Assembly: GCA_937934295.1 (NCBI GenBank)
Contig: CALHAI010000018.1
Location: forward strand, 966 to 64,965
Source of the DNA: an uncultured Blastocatellia bacterium
GTDB taxonomy: Bacteria > Acidobacteriota > Blastocatellia > HR10
Direction of reading: 5' to 3'
DNA length: 64,000 nucleotides
The notes beneath the pieces are model-generated. The model did no database searches, was not told where the DNA came from, and saw only the letters and a list, made by a program, of their open reading frames with translations. The position numbers and the translations under genes are program-made. Positions 1-10,585 of this stretch are shown here, one piece after another (position 1 is the first letter of the stretch; every line of letters begins with the position of its first letter).

Positions 1-1212
1 CGTTCGTCCCCTCGAAGATGCGATTGATGCGCGCATCGCGATAAGCGCGTTCGACAGGATACTCCGCGCTGTAGCCGTTGCCGCCGAAGATCTGCACGGC
101 CTCATCGGCGACGTAATCGGCGAATTCGCTCCCGACGATTTTCGCGATCGCGCACTCGATGGCGTATTCTTCAACGGCCTGCATGCGGGCGGGTTGATCG
201 TCTTCGTCCAGTCCAGAGAGCGCGGCATCAATAAGGCCCGTCGTACGATAGACGGCGCTCTCGGCCACCCACGTTCGAATAGCCATCTCCGCGAGCTTGT
301 GCTTGATCAGGCCGAATTCGCAGATCGGGCGGCCGAACTGGCGACGCTGCTTCGCATACTGGAGCGCCGTCGTCAGACCGATCTTGCATCCGCCGACACA
401 ACTGGCGCCCAATCGGAGTCGGCCGAGGTTCAGAACGTTGAAGGCGATCTTATGCCCTTTGCCGATCTCACCGAGCAGATTCTCGACCGGCACACGCGCG
501 TTCTCAAACAACAAGGCGCGCGTCGAAGAGCCTTTGATGCCCATCTTCTTCTCTTCCTGACCGATGGTCAAACCCGGCGTGTCCCGATGGACGATGAAAC
601 AGGAGAAGTGCTCGCCGCCGACTTTCGCAAAGGTGATGAAGATATGCGCGAATCCGGCGTTGGTGATCCAGATCTTCGAGCCGTTCAAGAGATAGTGACG
701 GCCGTCGGGCGCCAGATCGGCGCGCGTCTTTCCGGCCAGCGCATCCGAGCCTGCTTCCGGTTCGGTGAGGGCATAGGCCGAGAGCCATTCACCGCTGGCG
801 AGCTTGGGGAGATATTTCCGCTTCTGCTCCACCGTGCCGAAGAGGACGATGGGTGCTGTGCCGATCCCCGTGTGTCCGCCGTGCGAGACAGCGAAGGAGC
901 TGTTGGCCGCGAGCTTTTCGGAGATGATCATCGCGCTCACCTTGTCTAAGCCGAGTCCGCCATAGCGCTCGGGGATCTCGACCGCGAGCAGTCCCACGCT
1001 GGCCGCGCGCCGCAGTAGCTCGACCATCAGCTCCAAGTTTTGACGTTCGATCTCCTCGGCGTTCGGCAAGACCTCGCGCTCCATGAACTCCTCGGCCGTG
1101 CGCGCGATCATCCAATGCTCTTCACTGAAGTCCTCCGGCGTGAACACGTCCTCGGGGGATGTCTCCTGGATTAAAAAACTCCCGCCTTTGATGCGTTCAT
1201 TTCCTTTCGCCA
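1..1212 (-). CDS. Acyl-CoA dehydrogenase (partial; the C-terminus runs off the window start)
   Basis: I translated the minus strand by hand. The start is ATG at 1212 ([11 protein letters not shown]...) and the frame stays open to position 1. It shows acyl-CoA dehydrogenase N-terminal, middle and C-terminal signatures (YGGLGLD..., [10 protein letters not shown], ...[30 protein letters not shown]). It is not in the ORF track because it has no stop inside the window. The listed + ORF 194..949 is its antisense artefact. Confidence 0.85.
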
Positions 1213-1241
1213 TAGCCGTGTCCTCCTTCTTCGCGGCGGCA

Positions 1242-2423
1242 TCAGTCCACCCGTTCGAAGATCCCGGCGGCGCCCATGCCTCCGCCGATACACATGGTGA
1301 CCATGCCGTAGCGAGCGCCGCGCCGTTTCATCTCATAGAGGAGCGTCGCCGTCAGTTTCGCTCCTGTGCAACCGAGCGGATGGCCGAGGGCGATCGCTCC
1401 ACCGTTGACGTTGACCTTGTTCACGTCCAGCTCCAGGAGCTTGAGGACGGCCAACGCTTGAGCGGCGAAGGCTTCATTCAGCTCGATCAGGTCCAAATCG
1501 TCCAAGCCCAATCCCACCATGCGGAGCGCCTTGGGGATCGCCGCGACGGGGCCAATCCCCATCTCCTCAGGGGGGACGCCGGCGACGGCATACGCGATGA
1601 GCTTCCCCAAGGGGCGAACGCCCAAGGCCTCCGCCCTCTCGCGCGACATGACGACGACGGCAGCCGCTCCGTCACTCATCTGCGAGGAATTGCCGGCGGT
1701 GATCGTCCCCTCAACGTGGAACACCGGCTTGAGCTTCGCCAGGGCCTCAAGCGAGGTATCGCGACGCGGCCCCTCATCCGTGTCGAAGAGGGTCTCCTGC
1801 ACGCGCGGGCGTCCGCGTTCATCCAGCTCCTCGACAGGGACGCGAAGCGGGACGATCTCCTCCTTGAACTTTCCCGCATCTATGGCCGCGACGGCGCGCT
1901 CGTGACTCCGCAGGGCGAATCGGTCTTGCTCTTCGCGGGAGATGCCGTATTTCCGCACAAGGTTCTCGGCCGTCAGCCCCATGCTCAGGTACACGTCCGG
2001 ATAGTGCTCGAGGAGATAGGGATTGGGCGCGATCTTATACCCCCCCATCGGGATGAGCGACATGGATTCCGTGCCTCCGGCGAGGATCACATCGGCGAAT
2101 CCCGCGGCGATCCGCTCCGTCGCCAGCGCGATCGTCTGCAGGCCCGAGGAGCAGAAGCGATTCACCGTCATCGCGGGCACCGTATAGGGAAACCCCGCAC
2201 GCAGTGCAGCGATCCGTGCGACGTTCATCCCTTGCTCCCCCTCAGGCATGGCGCATCCCAGGATGACGTCATCGATCTCCTCCGGGCGCAACCCGGGGAC
2301 GCGCCGCACGGCTTCGGCCAAGACGACGGCGGCCATATCGTCCGGGCGCATGTGGCGCAATGCCCCTTTGTGCGCTTTTCCGACAGCCGTTCGCACGGCG
2401 GCGACGATCACGGCTTCACGCAT
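1242..2423 (-). CDS. fadA: Acetyl-CoA C-acyltransferase (thiolase)
   Basis: 393 aa. Has the thiolase active-site motifs ([39 protein letters not shown]). It is operonic with the acyl-CoA dehydrogenase and the 3-hydroxyacyl-CoA dehydrogenase. Confidence 0.9.
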   Translation of the reverse strand: MREAVIVAAVRTAVGKAHKGALRHMRPDDMAAVVLAEAVRRVPGLRPEEIDDVILGCAMPEGEQGMNVARIAALRAGFPYTVPAMTVNRFCSSGLQTIALATERIAAGFADVILAGGTESMSLIPMGGYKIAPNPYLLEHYPDVYLSMGLTAENLVRKYGISREEQDRFALRSHERAVAAIDAGKFKEEIVPLRVPVEELDERGRPRVQETLFDTDEGPRRDTSLEALAKLKPVFHVEGTITAGNSSQMSDGAAAVVVMSRERAEALGVRPLGKLIAYAVAGVPPEEMGIGPVAAIPKALRMVGLGLDDLDLIELNEAFAAQALAVLKLLELDVNKVNVNGGAIALGHPLGCTGAKLTATLLYEMKRRGARYGMVTMCIGGGMGAAGIFERVD

Positions 2424-2452
2424 ACCCCCCTCCTTTCGGTCATCCGCGACGC

Positions 2453-4873
2453 TCAGTTCCTGAGCGGTTTCCCTTCCGCGAGCATATGCCGCATGCGCTC
2501 GCGCGTCTTCGGCTCCCCGAGCAGCGAGAGGAAGGCCTCACGTTCGAGATCGAGCAGGTACACTTCGCTCACCGAGCGCGGCGCGCGCAGATCGCCTCCG
2601 CAGAGCACCCAGGCGAGCTTGCGCCCGATATGGGCATCGTACTCGGTGATCTGTCCGGCGCGCCAGGCCAGATGAATGCCCAACTTGAGCGCGGCCAAGC
2701 CCGGCTCGCCGAGCACGGGAATCTCAGCGGGCGGACTCAGCGGCTCATACCCCTCGCGCACGAGCGCCAGCACCGTCTCTTTCGCATCGGCGATGAGCCG
2801 ATCGCGGTTCATCGTGATGGGATCGGTAGGGCGCAGCAAGCCCATCCTCTTCGCCTCGTGGGCGCTGCCGGAGACCTTCGCCAGAGCGATCGTCTCAAAC
2901 GCCTGTCGGACATAGGGGAACACATCCACCGAATCCCCGCGCGGCGCGCGTTCGAGCATGCGCAGCAACAACTCCTTCGTCCCCCCTCCGGCGGGGATCA
3001 GCCCGACGCTCACCTCGACCAAACCGATGTACGTCTCGGCGGCGGCGCGCACCTTCGGCGCATGCAGCGTGATCTCGCATCCTCCGCCGAGCGTCAAGCC
3101 AAACGGAGCGACGACGACCGGCTTCTTCGCGTACTTCAGCGCGAGGTTCACTTTCTGGAAGGCGCGGATCATCGCATCCAACTCCTCCCATTCTCCTTCC
3201 TCGGCGGCCAGGAGAAGGAGCACGAGATTCGCGCCCGCCGAGAAATGCTCACCTTGATTGCCGATGACCAAGCCCTCGAAATCCTCATCCACACGCTCGA
3301 GGGCGTAGTGCAACATCTGGACCGTATCGGCGCCGATCGTGTTCATCTTCGAGTGAAACTCCAGACAGGCGACGCCATCGCCGAGATCAATGAGGCTCGC
3401 CCCGGGATTCGAGCGAACGAGGCGATTTTGCGCCTTCAGACGGGAGAGCAACAGCAAGCCCGGCGGAAGCTCGACCTCTCGATGGGTCGCGCTCGCCAGA
3501 TCGAAGTAAAGCTGACGTCCCGCCTCTTCGCGATAGAAGGTCTCGTTCCCCGACGCGAGCAGCGCCTGCACGAGCGGGGGGATCGCGCGCCCTTCGCGCT
3601 CCAGTCGCTCGACCATCCAGCGAACGCCCAGCGCATCCCACGTCTCGAAGGGGCCGAGTTCCCAATTGAAGCCCCATTTCATCGCGCGATCCACCTGCAC
3701 GATGTCCTCGGCGATCTCCGGAATCCGATGGGCCGCATAGAGCAACGTCTCGCTCACGATCGTCCAGAGGAATTGCCCCACCCGATCCGAACCGCGGACG
3801 AGCGTTCGCAGGCGCTCTCGCACATCCTCGATCGTACGGGCCATCTCGAGCGCGGGCAGATACACCCGCTGACGCGGCCGGTATTCGAGCGTCCGGTAAT
3901 CGAGAGCGAAGATCTCGCGGCTGATCGGATCCCGGCGATAAAAGCCCTGTCCGGCCTTCTCGCCGATCCATCCGCGACGAATCATCTCCTGCACGAAATC
4001 GGGAAGGGCGAAGACCTCGCGCCACTCATCATGAGGCGCATTGGCGGCGATGTTCTCAACCACGCGCGCGAGGACATCAAGCCCCACGAGATCGGCCGTC
4101 CGAAAGGTCGCGCTCTTCGGGTGACCGATGAGCGAGCCCGTCAGCGCATCCACCTCCTCGAGGGTCAGCTCGTTCTCCAGCATGGCCCGCAGCGTGCCGA
4201 GGAAGGAGAAGGTGCCGATCCGATTGGCGATGAAATTCGGCGTGTCCTTGGCGAAGACGACGCCTTTGCCGAGCACACGATCGCAGACATCGGCGATCGC
4301 GCGCACGACCCCCGGATCGGTCTCCGGCGTCGGGATCACTTCGACGAGCTTCATGTACCGAGGGGGATTGAAAAAGTGCGTGCCCAGAAAATGGCGCCGG
4401 AAACTCTCCGAGAGTCCTTCCTGCAACTGCGCGATCGGGATGCCGGAGGTGTTCGAGCTGACGATCGCATTGGGATGCCGATACGGCTCCACGCGCCGGA
4501 AGAGTGCCCGCTTGATCTCCCGATCCTCAACGACGGCCTCGATGATCCACTCGGCCGTGGCGACCTTCGGCAGATCGTCCTCGAAATTCCCCACCGTGAT
4601 GAGGCGTGCTCGATCCGGATCGAAAAAGGCTGGCGGATGGAGCTGCTTCGCTCGTTCCAATCCCAGGCGCGCGATCCGATTGCGTACCTCCGGGCTCTCC
4701 GGCGTCAGTCCCCGTGCCCGTTCGTCCTCCGTGAGGGACGCCGGCACGATGTCAAGCAGCAGGATCTCGATCCCAGCGTTCGCCAAGTGCGCGGCGATCT
4801 GTGCCCCCATCACGCCCGCTCCGAGCACGGCCGCTTTCTGAATCTTCCTCTTCGTCATGATGACATCTCCCAC
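2453..4873 (-). CDS. Multifunctional 3-hydroxyacyl-CoA dehydrogenase / enoyl-CoA hydratase (FadB/FadJ-like)
   Basis: 806 aa. The N-terminus has the NAD-binding Rossmann motif [13 protein letters not shown] (3-hydroxyacyl-CoA DH). The C-terminus has a crotonase fold ([15 protein letters not shown]). It sits 3 nt downstream of the acyl-CoA ligase gene. Confidence 0.88.
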   Translation of the reverse strand: MGDVIMTKRKIQKAAVLGAGVMGAQIAAHLANAGIEILLLDIVPASLTEDERARGLTPESPEVRNRIARLGLERAKQLHPPAFFDPDRARLITVGNFEDDLPKVATAEWIIEAVVEDREIKRALFRRVEPYRHPNAIVSSNTSGIPIAQLQEGLSESFRRHFLGTHFFNPPRYMKLVEVIPTPETDPGVVRAIADVCDRVLGKGVVFAKDTPNFIANRIGTFSFLGTLRAMLENELTLEEVDALTGSLIGHPKSATFRTADLVGLDVLARVVENIAANAPHDEWREVFALPDFVQEMIRRGWIGEKAGQGFYRRDPISREIFALDYRTLEYRPRQRVYLPALEMARTIEDVRERLRTLVRGSDRVGQFLWTIVSETLLYAAHRIPEIAEDIVQVDRAMKWGFNWELGPFETWDALGVRWMVERLEREGRAIPPLVQALLASGNETFYREEAGRQLYFDLASATHREVELPPGLLLLSRLKAQNRLVRSNPGASLIDLGDGVACLEFHSKMNTIGADTVQMLHYALERVDEDFEGLVIGNQGEHFSAGANLVLLLLAAEEGEWEELDAMIRAFQKVNLALKYAKKPVVVAPFGLTLGGGCEITLHAPKVRAAAETYIGLVEVSVGLIPAGGGTKELLLRMLERAPRGDSVDVFPYVRQAFETIALAKVSGSAHEAKRMGLLRPTDPITMNRDRLIADAKETVLALVREGYEPLSPPAEIPVLGEPGLAALKLGIHLAWRAGQITEYDAHIGRKLAWVLCGGDLRAPRSVSEVYLLDLEREAFLSLLGEPKTRERMRHMLAEGKPLRN

Positions 4874-4876
4874 GCG

Positions 4877-6676
4877 TCATTCCGCGTACAAGCGTTCGAT
4901 GATGTCTCGATATTTCTGCGCGATGATGCGACGCCGCACCTTCAGCGTCGGCGTCAATTCCTCTTCGGCGATCGTCAGTTCGCGCTCCAGCAGGGCGATC
5001 TTCTTCACCCGTTCGTAAGGCGAGAAGTCCGCCATCAGGCGCTCCACCTCTTCCTCGTACAGGCGTTGGATCGCCGGATGGGCGCATAACTCGCGCTCTT
5101 CTCGAAATGGGATCCTTCGCTCTTCGGCATATCGTCGAAGCGCGCCGAAGTTGGGGACGATGAGCGCGGCTGGGAACTTTCGCTCCTCACCTACGACGAC
5201 CGCTTGTGCGATCAACGGGCTGGCCATGAGCCGATTCTCCAGCGCCTGCGGCGCCACGTACTTCCCCCCGCTCGTCTTGATCAGATCTTTCTTTCGATCG
5301 GTGATGACCAGGTATCCCTCCGCATCGAGGAATCCCACATCGCCCGTGCGCAACCAGCCATCCTCGGTGAAGGCGGCCGCCGTCTCTTCGGGACGGTTGT
5401 AGTACCCGAGCATGACGTTGGGTCCGCGCACGAGGATCTCGCCGTCGTCGGCGATCTTGACCTCGACACCGGGAATGGGCCGACCCACCGTCCCGATCTT
5501 ATTCGCTCCCGGAGGATTCACCGTGACGACGGGTGAGGTCTCCGTGAGGCCGTAGCCTTGGAGAATCTCCAGGCCCAGACCGAGGAAGAAATAGGCGACA
5601 TCGGGGGCGAGCGCGGCGCCGCCGCTGATGAGCGAGCGGGTGCGATCCAGTCCGAGCTGGTGGCGAATACGCGAGAGGACCAGGCGTTCGGCCGCTCCAT
5701 ATGACCATTGCTGCCACGGCGAGACGGGGCCCGCCGTCTGCCGCGCGCGTTGATACCGCTCGCCCGTGCGCAGACCCCAGAGCACCATGCGCCGCTTGAA
5801 CGTCGGCAGCGCGAGACTCGCTGTCAGAATGCGTTCGCGCATCTTCTCGAAGAGGCGCGGCACGCCGACCAGGACCGTCGGGCGAACCTCACGCAAATTC
5901 TCGGCCACTTTATCGAAAGCTTCGGCGTAATAGATGCTCATCCCGCTATGCAGATAGCAGTAGAACGCCATGCGTTCGAAACTGTGCGAGAGCGGGAGGA
6001 TCGACAGGACGACATCGCGTGAGGAATAGCCGAGGACGCGCATGGCCGCTATGACGTTCGAGGTGATGTTCCCGTGGGTGAGCATTACCCCTTTCGGCTC
6101 GCCCGTCGTCCCCGAGGTATAGAGCAATGTCGCCAGATCCGTTGGACGGACAGCGCGACGCAGGCGATCGTAGAGCTCCGGTTCGTGTTCGGCCTCTTGT
6201 CGCCCACGCTCGAAGAGCTGAGAGAAGGGGCACAGGCGGTCGTCCGCAATCCTCTCAAACGCGATGATCTTCTCCACGGACTCCACGCTGAAGAGCGCAT
6301 CGCGCACGCGCTGCCACTGCTCGCCGGTCGAGATCAGGAGCAGGCGCGCCCCTGAGTCGCGCAGGATGTGCGCGACTTGCGCCGGGGCTTGCGTGGCATG
6401 GATCGGGACGTCTACGGCACCCAACGCCAGAAGCGCCAGATCCGAGAGCGTCCACTCCAGCCGATTCTCCGATAAGATCGCGACGCGATCGCCCGGGCGA
6501 ACGCCCTCGGCGTAAAACCCGAGAGCGAGCGCTCGTACTCGTTCGGCGAGCGCGTCAGCCGAGAGGGCGACCCACCGGCCTTCGGAACGGTGGTTGAGGA
6601 CATCGGGTCTGGACCCATAGCGCGCGAGCGCCTCGGCGAAGAGTTCATTGAGCGTCGTCGGCTCTGCGAACGCCAT
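4877..6676 (-). CDS. fadD: Long-chain-fatty-acid--CoA ligase (AMP-dependent synthetase)
   Basis: 599 aa. AMP-binding motif YTSGTTGEPKGVMLTHGN, followed by GYGLTET and the ...KTSGGKYVAPQ C-terminal domain. It is the first gene of the beta-oxidation operon. Confidence 0.9.
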   Translation of the reverse strand: MAFAEPTTLNELFAEALARYGSRPDVLNHRSEGRWVALSADALAERVRALALGFYAEGVRPGDRVAILSENRLEWTLSDLALLALGAVDVPIHATQAPAQVAHILRDSGARLLLISTGEQWQRVRDALFSVESVEKIIAFERIADDRLCPFSQLFERGRQEAEHEPELYDRLRRAVRPTDLATLLYTSGTTGEPKGVMLTHGNITSNVIAAMRVLGYSSRDVVLSILPLSHSFERMAFYCYLHSGMSIYYAEAFDKVAENLREVRPTVLVGVPRLFEKMRERILTASLALPTFKRRMVLWGLRTGERYQRARQTAGPVSPWQQWSYGAAERLVLSRIRHQLGLDRTRSLISGGAALAPDVAYFFLGLGLEILQGYGLTETSPVVTVNPPGANKIGTVGRPIPGVEVKIADDGEILVRGPNVMLGYYNRPEETAAAFTEDGWLRTGDVGFLDAEGYLVITDRKKDLIKTSGGKYVAPQALENRLMASPLIAQAVVVGEERKFPAALIVPNFGALRRYAEERRIPFREERELCAHPAIQRLYEEEVERLMADFSPYERVKKIALLERELTIAEEELTPTLKVRRRIIAQKYRDIIERLYAE

Positions 6677-6723
6677 CTTCCGTGCCCGCTTCGTCAGGTG
6701 TCCGCCCCATGCTGCGCCGCTCT

Positions 6724-6753
6724 ACTATAGTCGGTCCCGAAGTCCGCGCGCAA
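6724..6753 (-). promoter_or_regulatory. Candidate sigma70-type promoter of the beta-oxidation operon (-35 TTGCGC, 18-nt spacer, -10 TATAGT on the minus strand)
   Basis: Read on the minus strand: TTGCGC-N18-TATAGT, about 45 nt upstream of the fadD ATG. The -10 context CTATAGTA is shared with the 2-oxoacid dehydrogenase operon promoter at 24631-24660. Confidence 0.3.
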
Positions 6754-6890
6754 GCGGCCCGGTTGAGTCGAAATCGCGGATCATTACGGGTCACGCTCGA
6801 ACGGCTCGCCCACCGTTGCCGGAACCTTACAATGTGGTGTACTATTGCTGCCGCATGGCGGATCGAAGTTCGTGAAGGGGAGTCGCGCGC

Positions 6891-8132
6891 ATGGCGATGA
6901 AATTCAAAGTGAGCGTCCTGGTCGTCTCGGTCGCCGTCGCCCTCTACGTGGTGATCGGCGGATTGCTGCCGCGCCGCGGCGTAATCGCCAGTTACAACGA
7001 TCCCTATTCCCAGTTGACGATCTTTCAGGAAGTCCTCACGCGCATCATCAACGATTACGTGGACGAACCCGATCTGGAAAAGGTACGCGTGGGCGCCTTG
7101 CGAGGATTAGCCGAGGGCTTGGATCCGTACAGCGCCTATTTGACGCCTGAGCAGGTCCGACGTTTGAACGGGGGGCGCGCGGAAGCGGGACTCGAGAGCG
7201 GCATCGTCCTCTCGAAGGTCGCCGGATACGCCTATGTGGTCTCCGTTCTGAAAGGATCTCCCGCCGAAATCGCCGGCCTTCGCCCCGGCGACGTCATCGA
7301 GTACATTGGGGCGCGCGCGACGCGCGATATGAGCCTTTACGAAGCCCGCGAGTTGCTGGTCGGGCCATCGGGGAAGGAGATCGAGCTCAAGGTCTTCCGG
7401 GAAGGACGATCGGAGACCTTCAAGTTCAAACTCGAGCCCTTCCCGCGTCCTAAGCCTGAGGCGAAGGTCCTGGAGCGAGGGCTGGGCTATTTGAAACTCG
7501 CGACGCTCGAAGAGGGGGAGTCGGTTCGCATTCGTGAAGAGTTGGAGCGTCTGATCGCCCAAGGGGTGAATCAGTTGATCGTGGACGTGCGCGGTGTCGC
7601 GACGGGGACGTTGGCCGAGGCGATCACCGTCGCGAACTATTTCATCGGCTCAGGTACGCTGGCTAAGACGATCGGGCGAGAGGGGCGAGTCCTGCAGACC
7701 TTCACGGCGGATCCCCAGCGGCAGCTCTATCGCGGCGAATTGGTCGTGCTGATTGATCGGAGCACTGCCGGAGTGGCCGAGATCATCGCCGCCGCCATCT
7801 TAGAGAACAAACGCGGCGAATTGGTGGGCGAGCGGACCTTCGGGGCCGGGGGAGAGCAGAAGCTCTTCCCGATGCGAGATGGCGGTGGGCTCTATATCAC
7901 CGTTGTGAAGTACGCGATGCCTTCGGGCAGACCGATTATGGGCAGCACTTCGGCGACCAGCGGCATCGTCCCAACGGTAGAAGTGCCGCGGCCGGATCGC
8001 GGACCAACACCGGAGGAGCTCGAAGAGCGAGAGGAGCTGCCTCCGGAAGAGCCCTTGATCCATCCGCCCACTCCGGCTCCTTCCGAGGATCTCCCGCTGA
8101 AGAGGGCCATCGAGATCCTGCGAAAGAAGTGA
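6891..8132 (+). CDS. ctpA: Carboxyl-terminal processing protease (S41 family, PDZ domain)
   Basis: 413 aa. Has an N-terminal TM anchor/signal, a PDZ region (GIVLSKVAGYAYVVSVLKGSPAEIAGLRPGDVI) and the S41 catalytic region (LIDRSTAGVAEIIAAAI...GERTFGAG). Confidence 0.85.
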   Translation: MAMKFKVSVLVVSVAVALYVVIGGLLPRRGVIASYNDPYSQLTIFQEVLTRIINDYVDEPDLEKVRVGALRGLAEGLDPYSAYLTPEQVRRLNGGRAEAGLESGIVLSKVAGYAYVVSVLKGSPAEIAGLRPGDVIEYIGARATRDMSLYEARELLVGPSGKEIELKVFREGRSETFKFKLEPFPRPKPEAKVLERGLGYLKLATLEEGESVRIREELERLIAQGVNQLIVDVRGVATGTLAEAITVANYFIGSGTLAKTIGREGRVLQTFTADPQRQLYRGELVVLIDRSTAGVAEIIAAAILENKRGELVGERTFGAGGEQKLFPMRDGGGLYITVVKYAMPSGRPIMGSTSATSGIVPTVEVPRPDRGPTPEELEEREELPPEEPLIHPPTPAPSEDLPLKRAIEILRKK

Positions 8133-8145
8133 GTGGCATCGGCCA

Positions 8146-9210
8146 TTACGCCTGAGCTCGTAGGTACCGAAGGAGAAACGTTCGAAAGGCTTCCGTATCT
8201 TCCAAGCGGGCCTCGATCCGAGCCACATAAAGCGGAGGGGTTTCCGGGAGCGGGAGCGATTCCAGACGAACCCAATCTTTCTCCGTAGTCACGAGAAATT
8301 CAGCCCCAGCGGCCTCCGCTTCCCGGAACAAGCGCGCTACATCCCTGGGCGTGTACCAGTGGTGGTCTTGGAAGGCTCGGAAGAAGACGATCCGAGCGCG
8401 ATAGTGAGCGAGGTCGCTCTCGAAGAGCTGTGGATTCCCCACGGCGCAAAAAGCGCCGATCGCCCGCCTGTAGAGTTTCTGAGGGGAGAGCGCGTGTCCG
8501 AGGCCAGGGGAGAAGAGTTCGACGATCTCATGATAGCTGTAGAAGATCGGGAGCGGACCGGCCAGCTCACGCAACCGCGCTTCGAGAAGAAGCTGATCGA
8601 ATGGATGATCGGCTCGCGTGACGATGATGGCCGAAGCCCGCGTGATCTCGCTCAACGGTTCGCGCAATCGCCCCAAGGGAAGGAGCGCATCATCCCCAAA
8701 GGGATCCAGAGCGTCAATGAGCAGCAGATTGAGATCGCGTTCGAGAGCGAGGTGTTGAAACGCGTCATCGAGCACGTGGACGTCCGGTCGGAAGCGCTCT
8801 TCGATGTGACGAGCGACCGCGTAGCGGTGGGCGCCGACGGCGACGATGGCACCGGGAAGGCGGCGGGCCAGAAGGATCGGCTCATCTCCGGCGTCCTGAA
8901 CCGTCGCATGCATCTGAAGGCCATCGGAGACGAGCACGAAAGGGGCGCGCGAGCGCCGGCCATATCCGCGACTGATAACGGATGGACGGTAACCTTCTGC
9001 CAGAAGCAAGCGCGCGGTGTATTCGACAAGCGGGGTCTTACCCGTCCCTCCAACGGTGAGATTACCCACGCTGATGGTGAAGGCGCGCGCGCGCTTGGGC
9101 CTCACATAGCCCGCCTTGTACAGCGCGAGTCGAAAAGCGACGCCAAACTTGAACAGCAGCGCCAACCCTTTTCGGATCGGTCGCGGGAGTTGCAGGAGTC
9201 GCTCAATCAT
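8146..9210 (-). CDS. lpxK: Tetraacyldisaccharide 4'-kinase
   Basis: P-loop VGNLTVGGTGKTP and the rest of the LpxK fold. The ORF track shows a 66-aa Pro/Arg-rich N-terminal extension (start 9408). I place the start at ATG 9210 (MIERLLQLP...), which overlaps the waaA stop as ATGA. Confidence 0.85.
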   Translation of the reverse strand: MIERLLQLPRPIRKGLALLFKFGVAFRLALYKAGYVRPKRARAFTISVGNLTVGGTGKTPLVEYTARLLLAEGYRPSVISRGYGRRSRAPFVLVSDGLQMHATVQDAGDEPILLARRLPGAIVAVGAHRYAVARHIEERFRPDVHVLDDAFQHLALERDLNLLLIDALDPFGDDALLPLGRLREPLSEITRASAIIVTRADHPFDQLLLEARLRELAGPLPIFYSYHEIVELFSPGLGHALSPQKLYRRAIGAFCAVGNPQLFESDLAHYRARIVFFRAFQDHHWYTPRDVARLFREAEAAGAEFLVTTEKDWVRLESLPLPETPPLYVARIEARLEDTEAFRTFLLRYLRAQA

Positions 9211-10526
9211 CTCTTCCCCATCACCTCGGCGAGGATCGGTTTCAGATGGGCGAGGATGCGCTCTGTCGTTCCACGATGTTGCGCGAGGAAACGGCAAGTG
9301 GCTTCGTGAAGACGCGCTCGCAGGTCTTCCTCCAGAAGGAGTTGGCCGAGCGCATGGGCGAGGGCGCGAGCGAGCGCTTCCGGGGGCGCCTGAGCGGGGA
9401 TGCGCCACACGCAGGCCTCATAGGCCGGGAAATTCGGATCGCTATATCGGGGGCCGACGATGACGCGGGCGCCGCGCACAAGCGGCTCGATCACATTGTG
9501 GGCGAGGGAAGCGTAGAAACTTCCACCGATCACGGCCACGTGAGCCAACCGATAGACCGCGGCCAGTTCCCCAATGGTATCCAGGAGGATGACCTCGGCT
9601 CGTTCGACCTCCTCTCGATTAGTCGCGCGCGTGCGGCGGACAGATGGTACTGTCGAGGCCCGCAGCAGATCTTCTACTTCATCGAACCGTTCCGGGCGTC
9701 GGGGAGCGATGAGAAGGCGCGCCGAACGAAGGCGTGCGTGTTCGGCCTTGAGGATTTCGAACGCGCGGAGGATCAGCGCTTCTTCGCCCGGTGCTGTGCT
9801 CCCGGCGACAATGAGCGGGCGGTCGGTGGAGAGTCCAAGGCTTCGCGCCAACTCTTCGACTCTTGTCGCCTCGTCCGCTGGGGGACGCGCATCCCACTTC
9901 ACATTGCCGACGACGTGCACGCGTTCCCCGGGGGCACCCAATTCGCGCATCCGGCGGGCGTCCTCTTCGCTTTGCAGGAGCAGGAGGCGGAAGTTTTCGA
10001 GGACGCGTCGCATGAACGGGCGAACCCATCGGTATCGGCGGAACGAGCGATCCGAGAGGCGACCGCTCACCAACAGGACAGGAATGTTTCGTCGGGCGCA
10101 TTGGCGCAAGAAATTCGGCCAGATCTCCGTTTCCAGGATAAGGACGAGGCTTGGATGAAGTCGCTTCAGAGCGCGCGCGACGGAGAGGGGCCAATCGAAC
10201 GGGAAATAGACGATCCGCGCCTTGGTCGCGTAGCGGCGGCGGGCGATCTGCTGTCCCGTCTCCGTCACGGTCGAGAGCACGAGCTGGAACGCCGAGGGGC
10301 CTTCTACCGCTGCGGCGAGGGCTTCGATCAAGGGCTCGGCGGCGAGAATCTCGCCGACCGAGACGCCGTGAATCCAAAGGACCGGCTTCTCTTGCGGAAG
10401 TGACGGGGGGGAACCGAGACGCTCGCGCCATCCTCGGCGTCCTCCTCTGGCGATGGCCACGATCAGATAGGGGAGGAGGAAGACGGTCGCCAGAAGCAGC
10501 AACAGGTTGTAGAGCGCATATCCCAT
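9207..10526 (-). CDS. waaA: 3-deoxy-D-manno-octulosonic acid (Kdo) transferase
   Basis: 439 aa. N-terminal TM, then LWIHGVSVGE...ETEIWPN...GGSF...GHN..EP motifs of the Kdo transferase / GT30 family. Its stop TGA (9207-9209) overlaps the lpxK ATG (9208-9210). Confidence 0.85.
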   Translation of the reverse strand: MGYALYNLLLLLATVFLLPYLIVAIARGGRRGWRERLGSPPSLPQEKPVLWIHGVSVGEILAAEPLIEALAAAVEGPSAFQLVLSTVTETGQQIARRRYATKARIVYFPFDWPLSVARALKRLHPSLVLILETEIWPNFLRQCARRNIPVLLVSGRLSDRSFRRYRWVRPFMRRVLENFRLLLLQSEEDARRMRELGAPGERVHVVGNVKWDARPPADEATRVEELARSLGLSTDRPLIVAGSTAPGEEALILRAFEILKAEHARLRSARLLIAPRRPERFDEVEDLLRASTVPSVRRTRATNREEVERAEVILLDTIGELAAVYRLAHVAVIGGSFYASLAHNVIEPLVRGARVIVGPRYSDPNFPAYEACVWRIPAQAPPEALARALAHALGQLLLEEDLRARLHEATCRFLAQHRGTTERILAHLKPILAEVMGKR

Positions 10527-10585
10527 GTGTGGCGATCAAGGAGAGGAGGCCTCCCACGCGAGAGCGCGGGAGGCCGTTTGGCACG

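Noticed and set aside
194-949. 251-aa + strand ORF at the window start (and overlapping ORFs 297..560 +, 504..788 -, 789..1115 -)
   Set aside because: These are antisense or alternate-frame artefacts of high GC. The real gene is the minus-strand acyl-CoA dehydrogenase (1..1212), which is absent from the track only because it lacks an in-window stop.
2360-5089. Very long + strand ORFs opposite fadB (909 aa), ppdK (10151..11836, 11969..13438), lpxK/waaA (8359..9309, 9246..10403), thiC (26160..27104), uvrA (34304..35971), tolB (43911..44951) and feoB (62361..63017)
   Set aside because: Their sequences are low-complexity and Arg/Ala/Gly-rich, with no domain motifs. Each lies antisense to a gene with strong family signatures on the other strand.
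9211-9408. 66-aa Pro/Arg-rich N-terminal extension of LpxK, and the similar extensions on tolR (46032..46334), tlpA (34005..34223), recO (14112..14156) and purL (16629..17021)
   Set aside because: There is no homology in these extensions. Internal ATGs give family-typical N-termini and, in several cases, exact ATGA coupling to the upstream gene.
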